A stretch of DNA of 64,000 nt from Candidatus Micrarchaeota archaeon (GTDB lineage: Archaea > Micrarchaeota > Micrarchaeia > Micrarchaeales > CABMGC01): the NCBI GenBank assembly GCA_021850625.1, contig JAJZLJ010000027.1, positions 23,389 through 87,388 on the forward strand, in the 5' to 3' direction. The translations under genes and the position numbers were made by a program. This document shows, in pieces, positions 46,224-56,257 of the stretch. Under the pieces are notes generated by a model. It did no database searches. It saw only the letters and a program-made list of their open reading frames with translations, and was not told the DNA's origin. Within the stretch, counting starts at the first letter, position 1. Every line of letters starts with the position of its first letter.

Positions 46224-46775
46224 ATGGATCCAAAGGAGCAAAAAAGCAAAGAACCAAAAGGTAAGGAAAAGGTAGAGGCAAGCATAATAAGAATGGCAGG
46301 CAGAGACATAAACGGCAGATATAACGTAGTAAGAGGGCTTATGCAGATTAAGGGAATCGGACACAATATGGCTAATGCTATGGCAAAAAGCTACAAAGAC
46401 AAATACGGAATTGAGCCTACAGTAGAGATAGGAACGCTTAGCGATCAGCAGCTTGCACAACTTGAAGGAATAATAAAAGATCCATTGGCATACAATATTC
46501 CTAGCTTCATAATTAATAGAAATAAAGACTGGGAGACCGGAAATAATATGCATGTAGTAGGAACTGATTTAATAGTAAAAACAAGATATGATATTGATAG
46601 AGGAATTAAACTGCAGACCTGGATAGGCGCAAGGCATCAGTATGGACAAAAAGCAAGAGGACAAAGGACAAGATCCACAGGAAGAACAGGAGCAACTATA
46701 GGAGTCATGAAGAAATCAGCAATGCCAGCATCAACAGGAGCCGGGGCAGCTAAAAAAGAGGAAGAAAAGAAGTGA
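46224..46775 (+). CDS. rps13: 30S ribosomal protein S13 (uS13)
   Basis: IIRMAGRDINGRYNVVRGLMQIKGIGHNMANAM is S13-like, and the C-terminus is basic. Confidence 0.85.
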   Translation: MDPKEQKSKEPKGKEKVEASIIRMAGRDINGRYNVVRGLMQIKGIGHNMANAMAKSYKDKYGIEPTVEIGTLSDQQLAQLEGIIKDPLAYNIPSFIINRNKDWETGNNMHVVGTDLIVKTRYDIDRGIKLQTWIGARHQYGQKARGQRTRSTGRTGATIGVMKKSAMPASTGAGAAKKEEEKK

Positions 46776-46779
46776 TTAA

Positions 46780-47346
46780 ATGGGAGCACCAAAAAGAAAT
46801 AAAAAGAAGTATGATAGACCTTCATCAATGTGGGACAAAAAGAGAATAGAGGAGGAACATAAGATAAGGGAAGAATACGGTCTTAAAAAATTAGGCGAGT
46901 TGTGGAAAGCAACAAGCGAGATAAGAAGAGTTAGAAGAAATATAAGAGAGGTGCTTTCAGGAAATGCTACGGAGAGCGTTGGAAAGGATATAATAACAAG
47001 GCTTGCCAAGTACAATATAGTAAGCGAGAATGCAATTCCTGATGATATTTTGGTTATAAAACCACAGGCATTGCTTGAACGAAGATTGCAGACCGTAGTT
47101 TACAGAAAAGGAATGGCAAAGACACTTAATCAATCAAGACAATTAATATCACATGGATTTATCTCAATAAACGGAAGGAGAATAAAATCACCAAGTTATC
47201 TTGTAAAGAAAAATGAGGAGTCAGGCATTGGATATTATAAAAAAATATCAATAGAGAATGCAACCCCACAGGCACCTATGCCAGAAGTGCAAAGTACAAC
47301 AGCTGCAGTGGCATCAGAGAATAATTCATCAGATAAAGGCGAGTAA
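46780..47346 (+). CDS. rps4: 30S ribosomal protein S4 (uS4)
   Basis: The N-terminus PKRNKKKYDRPSSMWDKKRIEEE...YGLKK and the S4 domain (LERRLQTVVYRKGMAKTLNQSRQLISHGFISING) are present. Confidence 0.9.
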   Translation: MGAPKRNKKKYDRPSSMWDKKRIEEEHKIREEYGLKKLGELWKATSEIRRVRRNIREVLSGNATESVGKDIITRLAKYNIVSENAIPDDILVIKPQALLERRLQTVVYRKGMAKTLNQSRQLISHGFISINGRRIKSPSYLVKKNEESGIGYYKKISIENATPQAPMPEVQSTTAAVASENNSSDKGE

Positions 47347-47871
47347 ATGGCAAAAGCAAAAACAGCAGTGGTAAAAGGAGCAGGAAAAAAGACTGAGAAG
47401 AAAGAACAACAACAAAACGCAACAAAGAAAGGAGATATTTCATATGAAAATGAGGTAGCTGTTGCACAAGAAAAATACAAACAGAAAGGAACAAGATGGG
47501 GCGTTGCACACATACTTTCTTCAAAGAACAATACAATAATAACACTTACAGATCTTTCAGGTGCAGAGACAATAGCAGTAGGAAGCGGAGGTATGGTAGT
47601 AGATACAGATCATGAAGAAGGCTCACCATATGCTGCTACACAAGCTGCATATAAAGTATCGACAATTGCTATAGAAAAAGGAGTAACACACATAAACATA
47701 AAGATACGTGCACCTGGAGGCCATAACTCTAAAACGCCTGGGCAGGGAGCACAGGCAGTAGTAAGAGCCCTTGCTAGAAGCGGTTTTAAGATAGGGAGCA
47801 TAGAGGAGGTAACTCCAATACCAACAGACACAACCAAAAGACCTGGCGGCAGAAGAGGAAGAAGAGTATAA
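47347..47871 (+). CDS. rps11: 30S ribosomal protein S11 (uS11) with an extended Lys-rich N-terminus
   Basis: [20 protein letters not shown] and [28 protein letters not shown]-type motifs are present. Confidence 0.9.
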   Translation: MAKAKTAVVKGAGKKTEKKEQQQNATKKGDISYENEVAVAQEKYKQKGTRWGVAHILSSKNNTIITLTDLSGAETIAVGSGGMVVDTDHEEGSPYAATQAAYKVSTIAIEKGVTHINIKIRAPGGHNSKTPGQGAQAVVRALARSGFKIGSIEEVTPIPTDTTKRPGGRRGRRV

Positions 47872-47896
47872 TCTACAATACTAGAGTGGTATTTCA

Positions 47897-48376
47897 TTGA
47901 AAAGAAAGAATTCTATTCTTGTTATTTTTATTTTTCTTTTATTTATATCTATTTCTTTTTATATTTTCATGTATCAAAATGGAAACCTTCCGTTGAGTTT
48001 TTATTTTCAACAAAAAGGAATACTTTTGAAAACATGCAGCACGTGCAATGTAATTAATAAAACAATATACATAGCCACATCAGAGTATCAATTAACAAGA
48101 GGCATGATGTTTCAGAGCAACTTTCAAGGAGCATATGGCATGCTCTTTGTAATGAATAGCAGTCAGCAGATATGTATGTGGATGAAAAATACACAGATTC
48201 CTCTCGAGCGGATATGGATAAGTAGTTCTGGAAATATAACCTATATAAAAAATTCAATGCCATATGATATGAATATAACCTGTGCTGAAGGAAAGTATGT
48301 TCTAGAAACGATACCAGGAAATATCAAATATGGAGGAGTATTTTATCCACAGTATTTGAAAAATCTTACAGATTAA
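47897..48376 (+). CDS. DUF192-family protein with an N-terminal membrane anchor
   Basis: TRGMMFQS...GMLFVMNSSQQICMWMKNTQIPLERIWISSSGNI fits the DUF192 pattern. The start is TTG. Confidence 0.55.
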   Translation: MKRKNSILVIFIFLLFISISFYIFMYQNGNLPLSFYFQQKGILLKTCSTCNVINKTIYIATSEYQLTRGMMFQSNFQGAYGMLFVMNSSQQICMWMKNTQIPLERIWISSSGNITYIKNSMPYDMNITCAEGKYVLETIPGNIKYGGVFYPQYLKNLTD

Positions 48377-48475
48377 AAGCCTTGCAACTATATTACTACT
48401 ATCTATAAATTTAGAGAATAATATTATTTACTCTAGTGAGTTATTTATTATTCATTTACAACTTCTTATTTCTTG

Positions 48476-49369
48476 TCATACTCCAAAAAGCTTTGAGATG
48501 ATAAATATTCCAAACGGAACATCAAAGTTATCATCAAGAGATATAGGAAGGCTTTCTATAATTGCACCGACTAAAGCAATTATTATTGCATAGGAGCCTA
48601 TAAAAAAATATGAAACGATAAATGCGGCTAGAGCATACGATAGTGTTCCAAGAATACTTTTTTTCTTGTTGTAAGGTAGCTTTACACTGCCATATCGCAT
48701 GCCAATTATTGGAGATACTGAATCGGCTATAAAGATTAAACCTATTGTAGCTAAAGCAAGTGGATCTTTAAGATAAGATAACGCAAAACAGGTTCCTATA
48801 CCAAGCCAGATTGCACCATGACCAAGTCTAAAATTATCGCGTTCAAGACCGTATAGAAATCTTGATACTGCTCCATTACGCTCTAATAACGAGTTGTTTA
48901 ATAGAATAATTCCAGCAATGAATACAAAAGTTATGATAAGATACTGATTTGTTATTGAAAGGGCAATAAGCATAAGTATAAGTAAAATTATTCCGCCAAG
49001 CATTGTAAAGATATTTCTTCTAAGTTCTTTTTTATAGGTGGTTTTCTTTACTCCATGCTTTTTTCCGGGATATATGTTATAGGAACTTATTCCACCAAGA
49101 AATATAGAGCTAGGAACTAAAAGAAGATTGCTGTAGTAAGCTATAATAACAAAGTAGAGCCCTGCAAGTATAAAAAGTTCCATTTTCTTTGTGCCGTATG
49201 ATGAAATGATGGCGTTGAAAATCACATATCCTGAAAGGAGATCTAAAAGATTGAGATTCTGATATTGAGCCAGATATATAGTTGCAATAAAAAATATTAC
49301 AAAGAGAAAAAGCTCTCTTGTATTTTTGGAGGAAAAGGTTTTGTATATTGCAATACCCATTGCAAGCAC
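48476..49369 (-). CDS. Polytopic membrane protein, dolichol/polyprenol kinase-like (CTP-transferase-1 superfamily)
   Basis: The C-terminal sequence ADSVSPIIGMRYGSVKLPYNKKKSILGTL fits D..a...G...G...K(S/T).(E/L)G. It lies near uppS. Confidence 0.45.
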   Translation of the reverse strand: MLAMGIAIYKTFSSKNTRELFLFVIFFIATIYLAQYQNLNLLDLLSGYVIFNAIISSYGTKKMELFILAGLYFVIIAYYSNLLLVPSSIFLGGISSYNIYPGKKHGVKKTTYKKELRRNIFTMLGGIILLILMLIALSITNQYLIITFVFIAGIILLNNSLLERNGAVSRFLYGLERDNFRLGHGAIWLGIGTCFALSYLKDPLALATIGLIFIADSVSPIIGMRYGSVKLPYNKKKSILGTLSYALAAFIVSYFFIGSYAIIIALVGAIIESLPISLDDNFDVPFGIFIISKLFGV

Positions 49370-49522
49370 ATATAGAATTATGCCAAAAAGATCAACTTCG
49401 ATTATTTAAACACCAAATTCAGTTTATATTTAATTTAATATCCCGGGATATTTGCCATTTTTAGCCATTTTTATAATAGTTAGTATTTCAGAGTTATTTA
49501 TTATTTAACTTTATTAGAATAT

Positions 49523-51361
49523 TTATACAAGATATATTGCCCATGCAGCAATTATAAAGAAGCCAACAATAATAAATGGCACTGTCTTCTTTCCGGTTTT
49601 TATTACATCTCTACTTACCTTCATTATTGCATCTTCCGATCCTTTGCCCCATACTCTGAAGTTCTTTAATTTTATTTTAGAATAATAGTAAGTTACCTGC
49701 TCCATATCTTTCTTTGCGGCATCTATTGAGTTATCAAGAAACGGAATCAACTCGTTTATAGTTGTAAATCTTCCAAGAACATTGCTCGCTGAAAGTGCAA
49801 GTGTATTAACGGCATGTGTATCGGTAGTATAAATCTCTGCATCAAATCCATATTTTTTATTTATATGCGAGATAAGCTCGGTGCGCAGGCTTGGCATGAT
49901 ATTATTTGAATCGAAGTAAACCATACAGAAATTGGTATTTTTTATTTTGAAGATACCTATACTCATATATCCTGGGCCTATGTCATTTTTATGTATCTGG
50001 TTTTTAAGTAGAAGGCATGATGAACCAAAAAGAAGCTTGTCTTGAGCCTTGCTTGTTAACGATTCAAGAACCTTGTTTATTGAATTTGAATACATATTCA
50101 CATATTTGCTTCCTTTATAGATACCCTTTAGTTCATCTTTTTCTGCAGACTCAAAACGTGAGTTGTGTGCATCAATTAGAATACTTTCTAAACCATATTT
50201 TTTGGAGATTGATTCGAAGCTTGAGCCTATGTCATTATCTATATCCTCAGTTACAAGAGGCGCCTTGGTAAGACTTAGTAGTGATAAATTATCGATACGT
50301 ATACCTATCGCTTTACAGCCATTTGTTGAAAAGCTTGAAAAACTAGCAGCACAATGCTTAAATGAGTTAAGATTTTTTGATGGAATTGCTTTTTCTACAA
50401 CCCTCCATATTTCTGATATTTGAGAAGAGCTTACTGGATTGTCCTCAAGGTTTACAGCGCCGTGTAATATAAATGGAGCTGCATTATATTGCTTTACTAT
50501 TTTCTTCCCGAGATGCTCAGTAGTTATGCTTCCACCTATTCCGTTTATAGGGCCATAGTGTATCTCGGGCTTTACAAAAACCGCTTTAATTTGAGTTTTG
50601 CCTTTAAGTGCAAGTATAGAGATAGGCAACTCTCTTTTTATTCCCATGCCACTTAATGCATTATTGTCTTTTTTGATGTTATAAAGCCATTGATTTATCA
50701 TTACGGTCATTAACTCTACACCGCTAAAATTAAATTGTTTTTTTGATGGTCTATCCATTATATAAAGTATTGAATAACCACACAACATAAATGCAAACAT
50801 CCCTATCCATAATTTTATAAGCACATAGTCATATGAGATATTGACAGCAAATAAGGAGTAACTTACAGGTATGAATATCAAGGCATTAAGTAGAGGTTGT
50901 ATTGCTGCAGTAATTATCTGTCCTTTTCTTTGATTGAGTATTATTCTGTTGATTATAAACCAATAACCGTATATTCCGGCATCACTGAGCAGCATTGGCA
51001 AATACGCAATAGCATAACTTCCAGTTAATTTATAAGTAAAGATGCTTATTAAGAAAAAAGCAGCGTAAGTGAATGTTATTACTATAACTACTATTAAAGC
51101 ATGTTTTAACTTAAAATTTCTTTTAATAACTTTTAATAGCAATGCAGTGAGTATGGCTGGAAAAGTAATTACCGTGACGCCTATACTAGATCCGTATATT
51201 AGTAAATAAACCAAGGACAATCCAGTAGATAGTATAAACTCTGCCAGTATTCCAGATATTATCCCAAATAATAAAAGAATAAGAATAAGTACATTCTCGC
51301 TAGGGAGCTTCATTCCAAAGTACTTGGTAAATTTAGTAACATCTCTTTTTTCATCAGGCAT
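49523..51361 (-). CDS. Large archaeal membrane protein (DUF2070-like architecture)
   Basis: The 612-aa ORF has an N-terminal half with about 7 TM segments, a soluble C-terminal half and a final TM segment. The family assignment is from memory only. Confidence 0.35.
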   Translation of the reverse strand: MPDEKRDVTKFTKYFGMKLPSENVLILILLLFGIISGILAEFILSTGLSLVYLLIYGSSIGVTVITFPAILTALLLKVIKRNFKLKHALIVVIVITFTYAAFFLISIFTYKLTGSYAIAYLPMLLSDAGIYGYWFIINRIILNQRKGQIITAAIQPLLNALIFIPVSYSLFAVNISYDYVLIKLWIGMFAFMLCGYSILYIMDRPSKKQFNFSGVELMTVMINQWLYNIKKDNNALSGMGIKRELPISILALKGKTQIKAVFVKPEIHYGPINGIGGSITTEHLGKKIVKQYNAAPFILHGAVNLEDNPVSSSQISEIWRVVEKAIPSKNLNSFKHCAASFSSFSTNGCKAIGIRIDNLSLLSLTKAPLVTEDIDNDIGSSFESISKKYGLESILIDAHNSRFESAEKDELKGIYKGSKYVNMYSNSINKVLESLTSKAQDKLLFGSSCLLLKNQIHKNDIGPGYMSIGIFKIKNTNFCMVYFDSNNIMPSLRTELISHINKKYGFDAEIYTTDTHAVNTLALSASNVLGRFTTINELIPFLDNSIDAAKKDMEQVTYYYSKIKLKNFRVWGKGSEDAIMKVSRDVIKTGKKTVPFIIVGFFIIAAWAIYLV

Positions 51362-51370
51362 TTGAACACA

Positions 51371-52069
51371 TTACCTTCCGAATCTTCGCTGCCTCTTGTT
51401 ATACTCAAGAAGTGCACTGTTAAGATCACGTTTAGTGAAGTCAGGCCATAATTTATTTGAGAAATAAAGCTCAGAATAAGTAGTTTGCCATGGCATAAAC
51501 CCGGAAAGCCTTTTCTCTCCGGAGGTTCTTATTATGAGATCTATCTCTGGTACGGTATTTGACAGTAGATATTTGGTTACTAATGCATCATTTATCTCAG
51601 TCATATTTTTAACATGCGACGCTACATTTTTTACAGCATGCAATATATCATCCTTTCCTCCATAGGCTATAAGCATGTTTATGATTCTGTCTTTGTATTT
51701 CGAGGTTTCCACCTCTACCTTTTTAAGTGCGTCGTTGAGATCTTTTGGAAGCAGTTTTCTATTTCCTATTAGCCTTAGACTTGTTTTGTTTTTATGAAGA
51801 CGTGCTAGTATTTTTTTATCGTTAGCTACCTTTTTATATATTGCAAATAATGTCGATACTTCTTTATCGCTCCTTGAAAAGTTCTCTGTAGAGAAGGCCC
51901 ATACCGCTATGTTATTTATGCCGTAAGAAACGCACCACTCGCTAAACTCTATAAATTTTTTGACTCCGAGATCATATCCATTCATTATAGATAATGCATG
52001 TAAAGATGCCCATCGTCTATTGCCATCAGGTATTATAGCTATTGTTTTAGGAAGATTTTTAATAGTCAT
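51371..52069 (-). CDS. uppS: cis-Prenyltransferase (undecaprenyl/dehydrodolichyl diphosphate synthase)
   Basis: IIPDGNRRWA, LIIRTSGEKRLSGFMPWQTTYSE and a C-terminal RRFG are present. Confidence 0.85.
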   Translation of the reverse strand: MTIKNLPKTIAIIPDGNRRWASLHALSIMNGYDLGVKKFIEFSEWCVSYGINNIAVWAFSTENFSRSDKEVSTLFAIYKKVANDKKILARLHKNKTSLRLIGNRKLLPKDLNDALKKVEVETSKYKDRIINMLIAYGGKDDILHAVKNVASHVKNMTEINDALVTKYLLSNTVPEIDLIIRTSGEKRLSGFMPWQTTYSELYFSNKLWPDFTKRDLNSALLEYNKRQRRFGR

Positions 52070-52161
52070 TCAATCAAAAACTCTATTATATGTAGTTAAA
52101 CAGGTATTTTATTACTTAGTAAATATATAAATATATTAATATATGGTATTATCAGGGTTGT

Positions 52162-52698
52162 ATGGAAATTATTAGCAGCAATATAGAAAAAATACAAAGC
52201 AGTATACGAGATATACCAGATTATCCTAAGAAGGGCATACTCTTTAAGGATATTACGCCTGTTTTGAAGGATAAAGAACTATTTAGGCTTTGTATAGATG
52301 AATTTTGTAAGAGATTGGAAGAGATTGATTTTGATTATGTTGTTGGAATAGAGTCTAGAGGTTTTATTCTAGGATCAGCTATAGCATATAAAATGAAAAA
52401 AGGTTTTGTTCCTGTAAGAAAAAAAGGCAAACTGCCGTATAAAACTATAAAAAAAGAGTATGAACTTGAATATGGTTCTGCGATTCTCGAGATGCATATA
52501 GACGCAATCGAAAAAAATTCGAAAGTAGTAATAGTAGATGATCTTCTAGCTACAGGGGGCACTGCCGATGCAACAATAAAACTTGTAGAACAGCTTGGAG
52601 GCATAGTCTGTGCAGTAGTTTTTCTAGTTGAATTGGAATTTCTCAATGGAAAAAATAAATTAGGCAATAACAATGTACTCTCATTAATAAAGTATTGA
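52162..52698 (+). CDS. apt: Adenine phosphoribosyltransferase
   Basis: The PRPP loop is VVIVDDLLATGGTA, and GIESRGFILG is present. Confidence 0.85.
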   Translation: MEIISSNIEKIQSSIRDIPDYPKKGILFKDITPVLKDKELFRLCIDEFCKRLEEIDFDYVVGIESRGFILGSAIAYKMKKGFVPVRKKGKLPYKTIKKEYELEYGSAILEMHIDAIEKNSKVVIVDDLLATGGTADATIKLVEQLGGIVCAVVFLVELEFLNGKNKLGNNNVLSLIKY

Positions 52699-52737
52699 TC
52701 TATTTATAAGAACAGATAATTATTTGTAAAATATGAT

Positions 52738-52842
52738 TGCAGGGGGTGAGATTTGAACTCACGAAGGCGCTAAGCCACAGGATCTTAAGTCCTGCGCGTT
52801 TTTCCGTGGCTTGTGAGCCAGACCAGACTCTGCCACCCCTGC
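52738..52842 (-). tRNA. tRNA-Leu (UAA) with a 21-nt intron in the D loop (52801-52821)
   Basis: The acceptor is GCAGGGG/CCCCUGC. The anticodon arm is CAGGA-CUUAAGA-UCCUG, the long variable arm is UGGCUUAGCGCCUUC and the T arm is GUGAG-UUCAAAU-CUCAC. The spliced D loop GAGUCUGGUAA parallels that of tRNA-Ser. Confidence 0.75.
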
Positions 52843-52849
52843 ATAAAAA

Positions 52850-53575
52850 TTAAGCGTACATTGAAGGACCTTGATCTGAAATAGAATCGCTTGATGCATA
52901 TGTATCATGTGTGTCCTTTACCTTTTTAAGCATCTCCTTTATCTTTGTTTCTACCTCTTTTGCTTCTTTATCTAACTCGCTTAAATCTATATCTATATCT
53001 AAAATCTTGTTAAGACCACTTATAGCTATCTCAGCATATATTGGATCTGTTAGATTAGGATTTACTTCTACTAGAACATTTATTGCTGGAATTTTATATT
53101 GAGGTGCTTTTATAAGTATTCCTGCGCTTACGCCGGCTACAACTCCTTCGCTAATAGGCTTTATTCCTGTTCTTGTTGCCTTTTTAAGAATATCTTTATC
53201 ACATGAAGTTATGTATATTGTATTTCCAGGTTTTTGTGCAGGCATGCCTCCTACAGATATTATCTGCAATATTGAATATTTTCTTGCAAACGCAAGAAGT
53301 TCGTCTGAAAGCTGATGCACTAGTACTGGCGGAATAGTAAATTCTGAAATAAAAAGAAGAAGTTTGTATTTATCTGATTTATATATTCTTGCAGGAAACA
53401 TTGGTGTACTATTGTGTATTGCAGCTATTGGAGGGAATAACTCGCTCTCTATTCTGCCTATATACTCCATGTTTAATTTTTCTATCATATAACTTCCAGC
53501 CATAGGGCCTACTAGTCCTATTCCAGGAAATGCTTCTATTATAGTATAACCATTAAGATGCTGATCCTTGTTCAT
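52850..53575 (-). CDS. PAC2-family (proteasome assembly chaperone-like) protein
   Basis: IIEAFPGIGLVGPMAGSYMIEKL is the family's N-terminal signature. An internal Met is used as the start. Confidence 0.6.
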   Translation of the reverse strand: MNKDQHLNGYTIIEAFPGIGLVGPMAGSYMIEKLNMEYIGRIESELFPPIAAIHNSTPMFPARIYKSDKYKLLLFISEFTIPPVLVHQLSDELLAFARKYSILQIISVGGMPAQKPGNTIYITSCDKDILKKATRTGIKPISEGVVAGVSAGILIKAPQYKIPAINVLVEVNPNLTDPIYAEIAISGLNKILDIDIDLSELDKEAKEVETKIKEMLKKVKDTHDTYASSDSISDQGPSMYA

Positions 53576-53708
53576 TGTTATTTCTATCATGAAAATCAAT
53601 ACTATAATCGCAGATAACATTTAAAAAAGGCATAGGAAAAAGAGGTTATAGTTTGATGACGCAAATACGACGATATATATAAAAACATATATGCTTTATT
53701 AAGTATAG

Positions 53709-53960
53709 GTGAAATTAATGAATGAAAAGATGTCGAAGGAAAAAGTAGAAAGAGAAGATGGATACCTATACTTTGTAGGAAAGGACGGGTATGCATGGAG
53801 AACTCCGATGAAGAACAACCCAAGAGGTAAAAAGGCAAAGGTTGGTTCTGAAAAGGTATCGAGAGTTGATGGATATCTATATTTCGTCGACAAAAATGGA
53901 TACATTGCAAGAACAAAGATGAATAGAAGGGGAAGAATAAGCAGAAAAAGAAGAAGATAA
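53709..53960 (+). CDS. Small basic protein with two DGYLYFV.K.GY.(W/A)RT.M repeats
   Basis: REDGYLYFVGKDGYAWRTPMK and RVDGYLYFVDKNGYIARTKMN are present, followed by an Arg/Lys-rich tail. Confidence 0.4.
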   Translation: MKLMNEKMSKEKVEREDGYLYFVGKDGYAWRTPMKNNPRGKKAKVGSEKVSRVDGYLYFVDKNGYIARTKMNRRGRISRKRRR

Positions 53961-54086
53961 ATCTAATTTTTAATTTTTTCTTTTCTATTTTTATTTTTTT
54001 TAATTTTTATTTAATTTTTAATTTCTTATTTTATTATTTAGCGACGTAGACTATTTAATCAATCGATTAAATATTTTAACTAGAAA

Positions 54087-55364
54087 TTAAAAGGTCTCGA
54101 ATTTAGGCCATTCTATTCCTTCAGTAGCTTCTGAGATGCTTGCACTGCCTATGTTAGACATCTTCCCTACAGCAATTAATGATATAGAAAGTACATACAA
54201 CACGAATGTATATAGTAAATAATAGACATTACTGTCTAGATAATTATAACTTACAGCCATAGTCATTACAACTAACAGTAATACTGAGAGTATTGTAGCT
54301 TTGTTATTTCTAAAGAAAAGTAATAGTCCGCTAATTATACCAAATAAAACAAGAAATGAATTTTGTAGAGTATAAAGATACGAAAGATTTATAGTTTTTA
54401 TAAATGAAACTACCCCTATACTTTTTACTGTATTTATTATGTTAAATAAGGAGTAATGCACTTGAGGATAAGTATTGTATAGTATTATTCCTACACTCAT
54501 GAAAAGAACAAGCCCTGCGAGATAGTTGTATATTTGATGCTTATTTGTTTTTGTCGTTGGAATTCTTATTACTTCATCTATATCTTCTAAACAATAATAC
54601 TTTCCTTCATTTTTAGTTAAATCCGCAAAACAAAATGGCCTATGACAATATTCGCAAAAAGCAAATGCTTTTCTCCATGGATGATTTACACAATAGAAAT
54701 CAGCTACATTTTCCTTTTCTCGTTTTTCTTTCTTTTTGTTGTTTGTTGATTCTAAGTTAGGAGTTGTTATCATCTCCTCTTCAGTAAATAAAGATTTTGC
54801 AAGATCTATTTTAGTCTTATCTTTCTGTGGATTAAATAGCAACGCCTCTTGGCTTATCTGATGCTCTATTGTCTTATCTATATTTTTTCCATGCAGAAAT
54901 AATCCACGCCCACCACCTTTATGTTGTGTTTGTTTAGAATTATTTTTTTGAGCCTTTGTAGTTAGTGCAGATACAGAATTAGGCATTGACTTTGTTATGT
55001 CGGTTTGTTGCGTTGAAGAAATTGATTGAGTAGACGAAGTAGATTGTGAAGGAACGGTATAAGGTTTTGTTATTGCCTTTTTAAATAAAAAACCTTTTGT
55101 TTTTACTTTCTCGGTAGGTTTGACGCTTTGAGGTTTTGTAGGAATAATTGTTTGCGTAGGCGGTGAGATCGCTTTTTGAGCTTTCGTTTGAGGAATAGAG
55201 GTCTTTGATACTAAAAGTTCTGGCTTAAGCGGAACAGAACTTTGCTTTGGCGGTACTGTTTGTTGAACGGGTTCGTTTTGAGGTTTTTTTTCGTTGCCAG
55301 ATTCTTCTTTGACGTTTTCTTTTCGTTTCTTGAAAATTAAAAGATCATCAGGATCTATCGGCAA
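54087..55364 (-). CDS. Membrane protein with a low-complexity Pro/Gln/Ser/Thr N-terminal half and a B-box-like zinc finger
   Basis: The zinc finger is CVNHPWRKAFAFCEYCHRPFCFADL...YYCLEDI. About 4 C-terminal TM helices follow. The start is TTG. Confidence 0.45.
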   Translation of the reverse strand: MPIDPDDLLIFKKRKENVKEESGNEKKPQNEPVQQTVPPKQSSVPLKPELLVSKTSIPQTKAQKAISPPTQTIIPTKPQSVKPTEKVKTKGFLFKKAITKPYTVPSQSTSSTQSISSTQQTDITKSMPNSVSALTTKAQKNNSKQTQHKGGGRGLFLHGKNIDKTIEHQISQEALLFNPQKDKTKIDLAKSLFTEEEMITTPNLESTNNKKKEKREKENVADFYCVNHPWRKAFAFCEYCHRPFCFADLTKNEGKYYCLEDIDEVIRIPTTKTNKHQIYNYLAGLVLFMSVGIILYNTYPQVHYSLFNIINTVKSIGVVSFIKTINLSYLYTLQNSFLVLFGIISGLLLFFRNNKATILSVLLLVVMTMAVSYNYLDSNVYYLLYTFVLYVLSISLIAVGKMSNIGSASISEATEGIEWPKFETF

Positions 55365-55374
55365 CTAAAAACAC

Positions 55375-55611
55375 CTAAAGATTGCGTTTTTCTGCAGCTC
55401 TTTCTGCAGCCTCTTTCTTACGCTCAAATATTCCTCTGTGCTTTGCACAACTTATACAGTAGTAAACCTTTCTAGTTGACATAAACTTTGCAGTTATCTG
55501 TGTTGATGGGTCTCCACCAAAACGTATGACTTTTTCGAATACTACGCCTTTATTCCTTGGCATCTTTCTACTGCAACTGTCGCAGGTTACAAGTGGTTCC
55601 TTTCCTCTCAA
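55375..55611 (-). CDS. rps26e: Probable 30S ribosomal protein S26e (eS26)
   Basis: VTCDSCSRKMPRNKGV...YYCISCAKHRGI resembles the eS26 zinc-binding pattern (C..C...P.DKA...YC.SCAIH). Confidence 0.5.
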   Translation of the reverse strand: MRGKEPLVTCDSCSRKMPRNKGVVFEKVIRFGGDPSTQITAKFMSTRKVYYCISCAKHRGIFERKKEAAERAAEKRNL

Positions 55612-55710
55612 ATAAACACCATTTATGATATATAATTGTTATAACAAGATTAATATATATATGTTGATATATCTTGAAGTAAGAATTGCAATGACAGGAT
55701 ATTTCCTGAA

Positions 55711-56256
55711 ATGTGTGATAAGATGAAAATACTTATTTTAGGGGAAAATGAGGATGATGTAGAAAATTTAGTCGATATGCTAAATGGACTTAATCAGAGT
55801 TTGATGGGAAGGGTAATAAATGGGGAAGGAAATGATGCAACAGTTAAGGGAATTCAGGAGGGCTTGAATAAGGGATATGATTTAGTAATAGTGAAGATTG
55901 ATAATAATATAGGAACTGCTATGTTGTTAAATAAAGATAAAAGAATAAATGCAGCACCATGCAGTACTGTATATGATATAAAACTTGCAAAAAGCAATAA
56001 TGCCAATGTAATATTATTGAGTAAAAATAATGAATTGGATAAAGATGCATTTAAAATCTTTAAACTTGCTCAGAATAGTACAAGCAGTACTCAACAACAA
56101 AACGTAAGTAATGAAAGGCCCATAAAAGTGCGCCAGCAAATAGTAACAAAGGAGCAACCAAAAAACATTGAACCGGTAGTGAATCAAAATACTGAACAGA
56201 AAAGCAAGGGATTCTTTAAAAATATAAAAGAGTCATTAGGAATTACAGAGGAGTAA
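55711..56256 (+). CDS. Hypothetical protein
   Basis: The 181-aa ORF has no recognised motif. Confidence 0.35.
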   Translation: MCDKMKILILGENEDDVENLVDMLNGLNQSLMGRVINGEGNDATVKGIQEGLNKGYDLVIVKIDNNIGTAMLLNKDKRINAAPCSTVYDIKLAKSNNANVILLSKNNELDKDAFKIFKLAQNSTSSTQQQNVSNERPIKVRQQIVTKEQPKNIEPVVNQNTEQKSKGFFKNIKESLGITEE

Positions 56257-56257
56257 T

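Noticed and set aside
53961-54086. Periodic-looking AT-rich tracts (TAATTTTTA-type repeats here, and A-rich repeats at 63788-63851), considered as a possible CRISPR array or minisatellite.
   Set aside because: There is no defined repeat-spacer organisation. These are oligo-T or oligo-A runs between convergent genes or next to tRNA genes, consistent with archaeal terminators or low-complexity spacer DNA.
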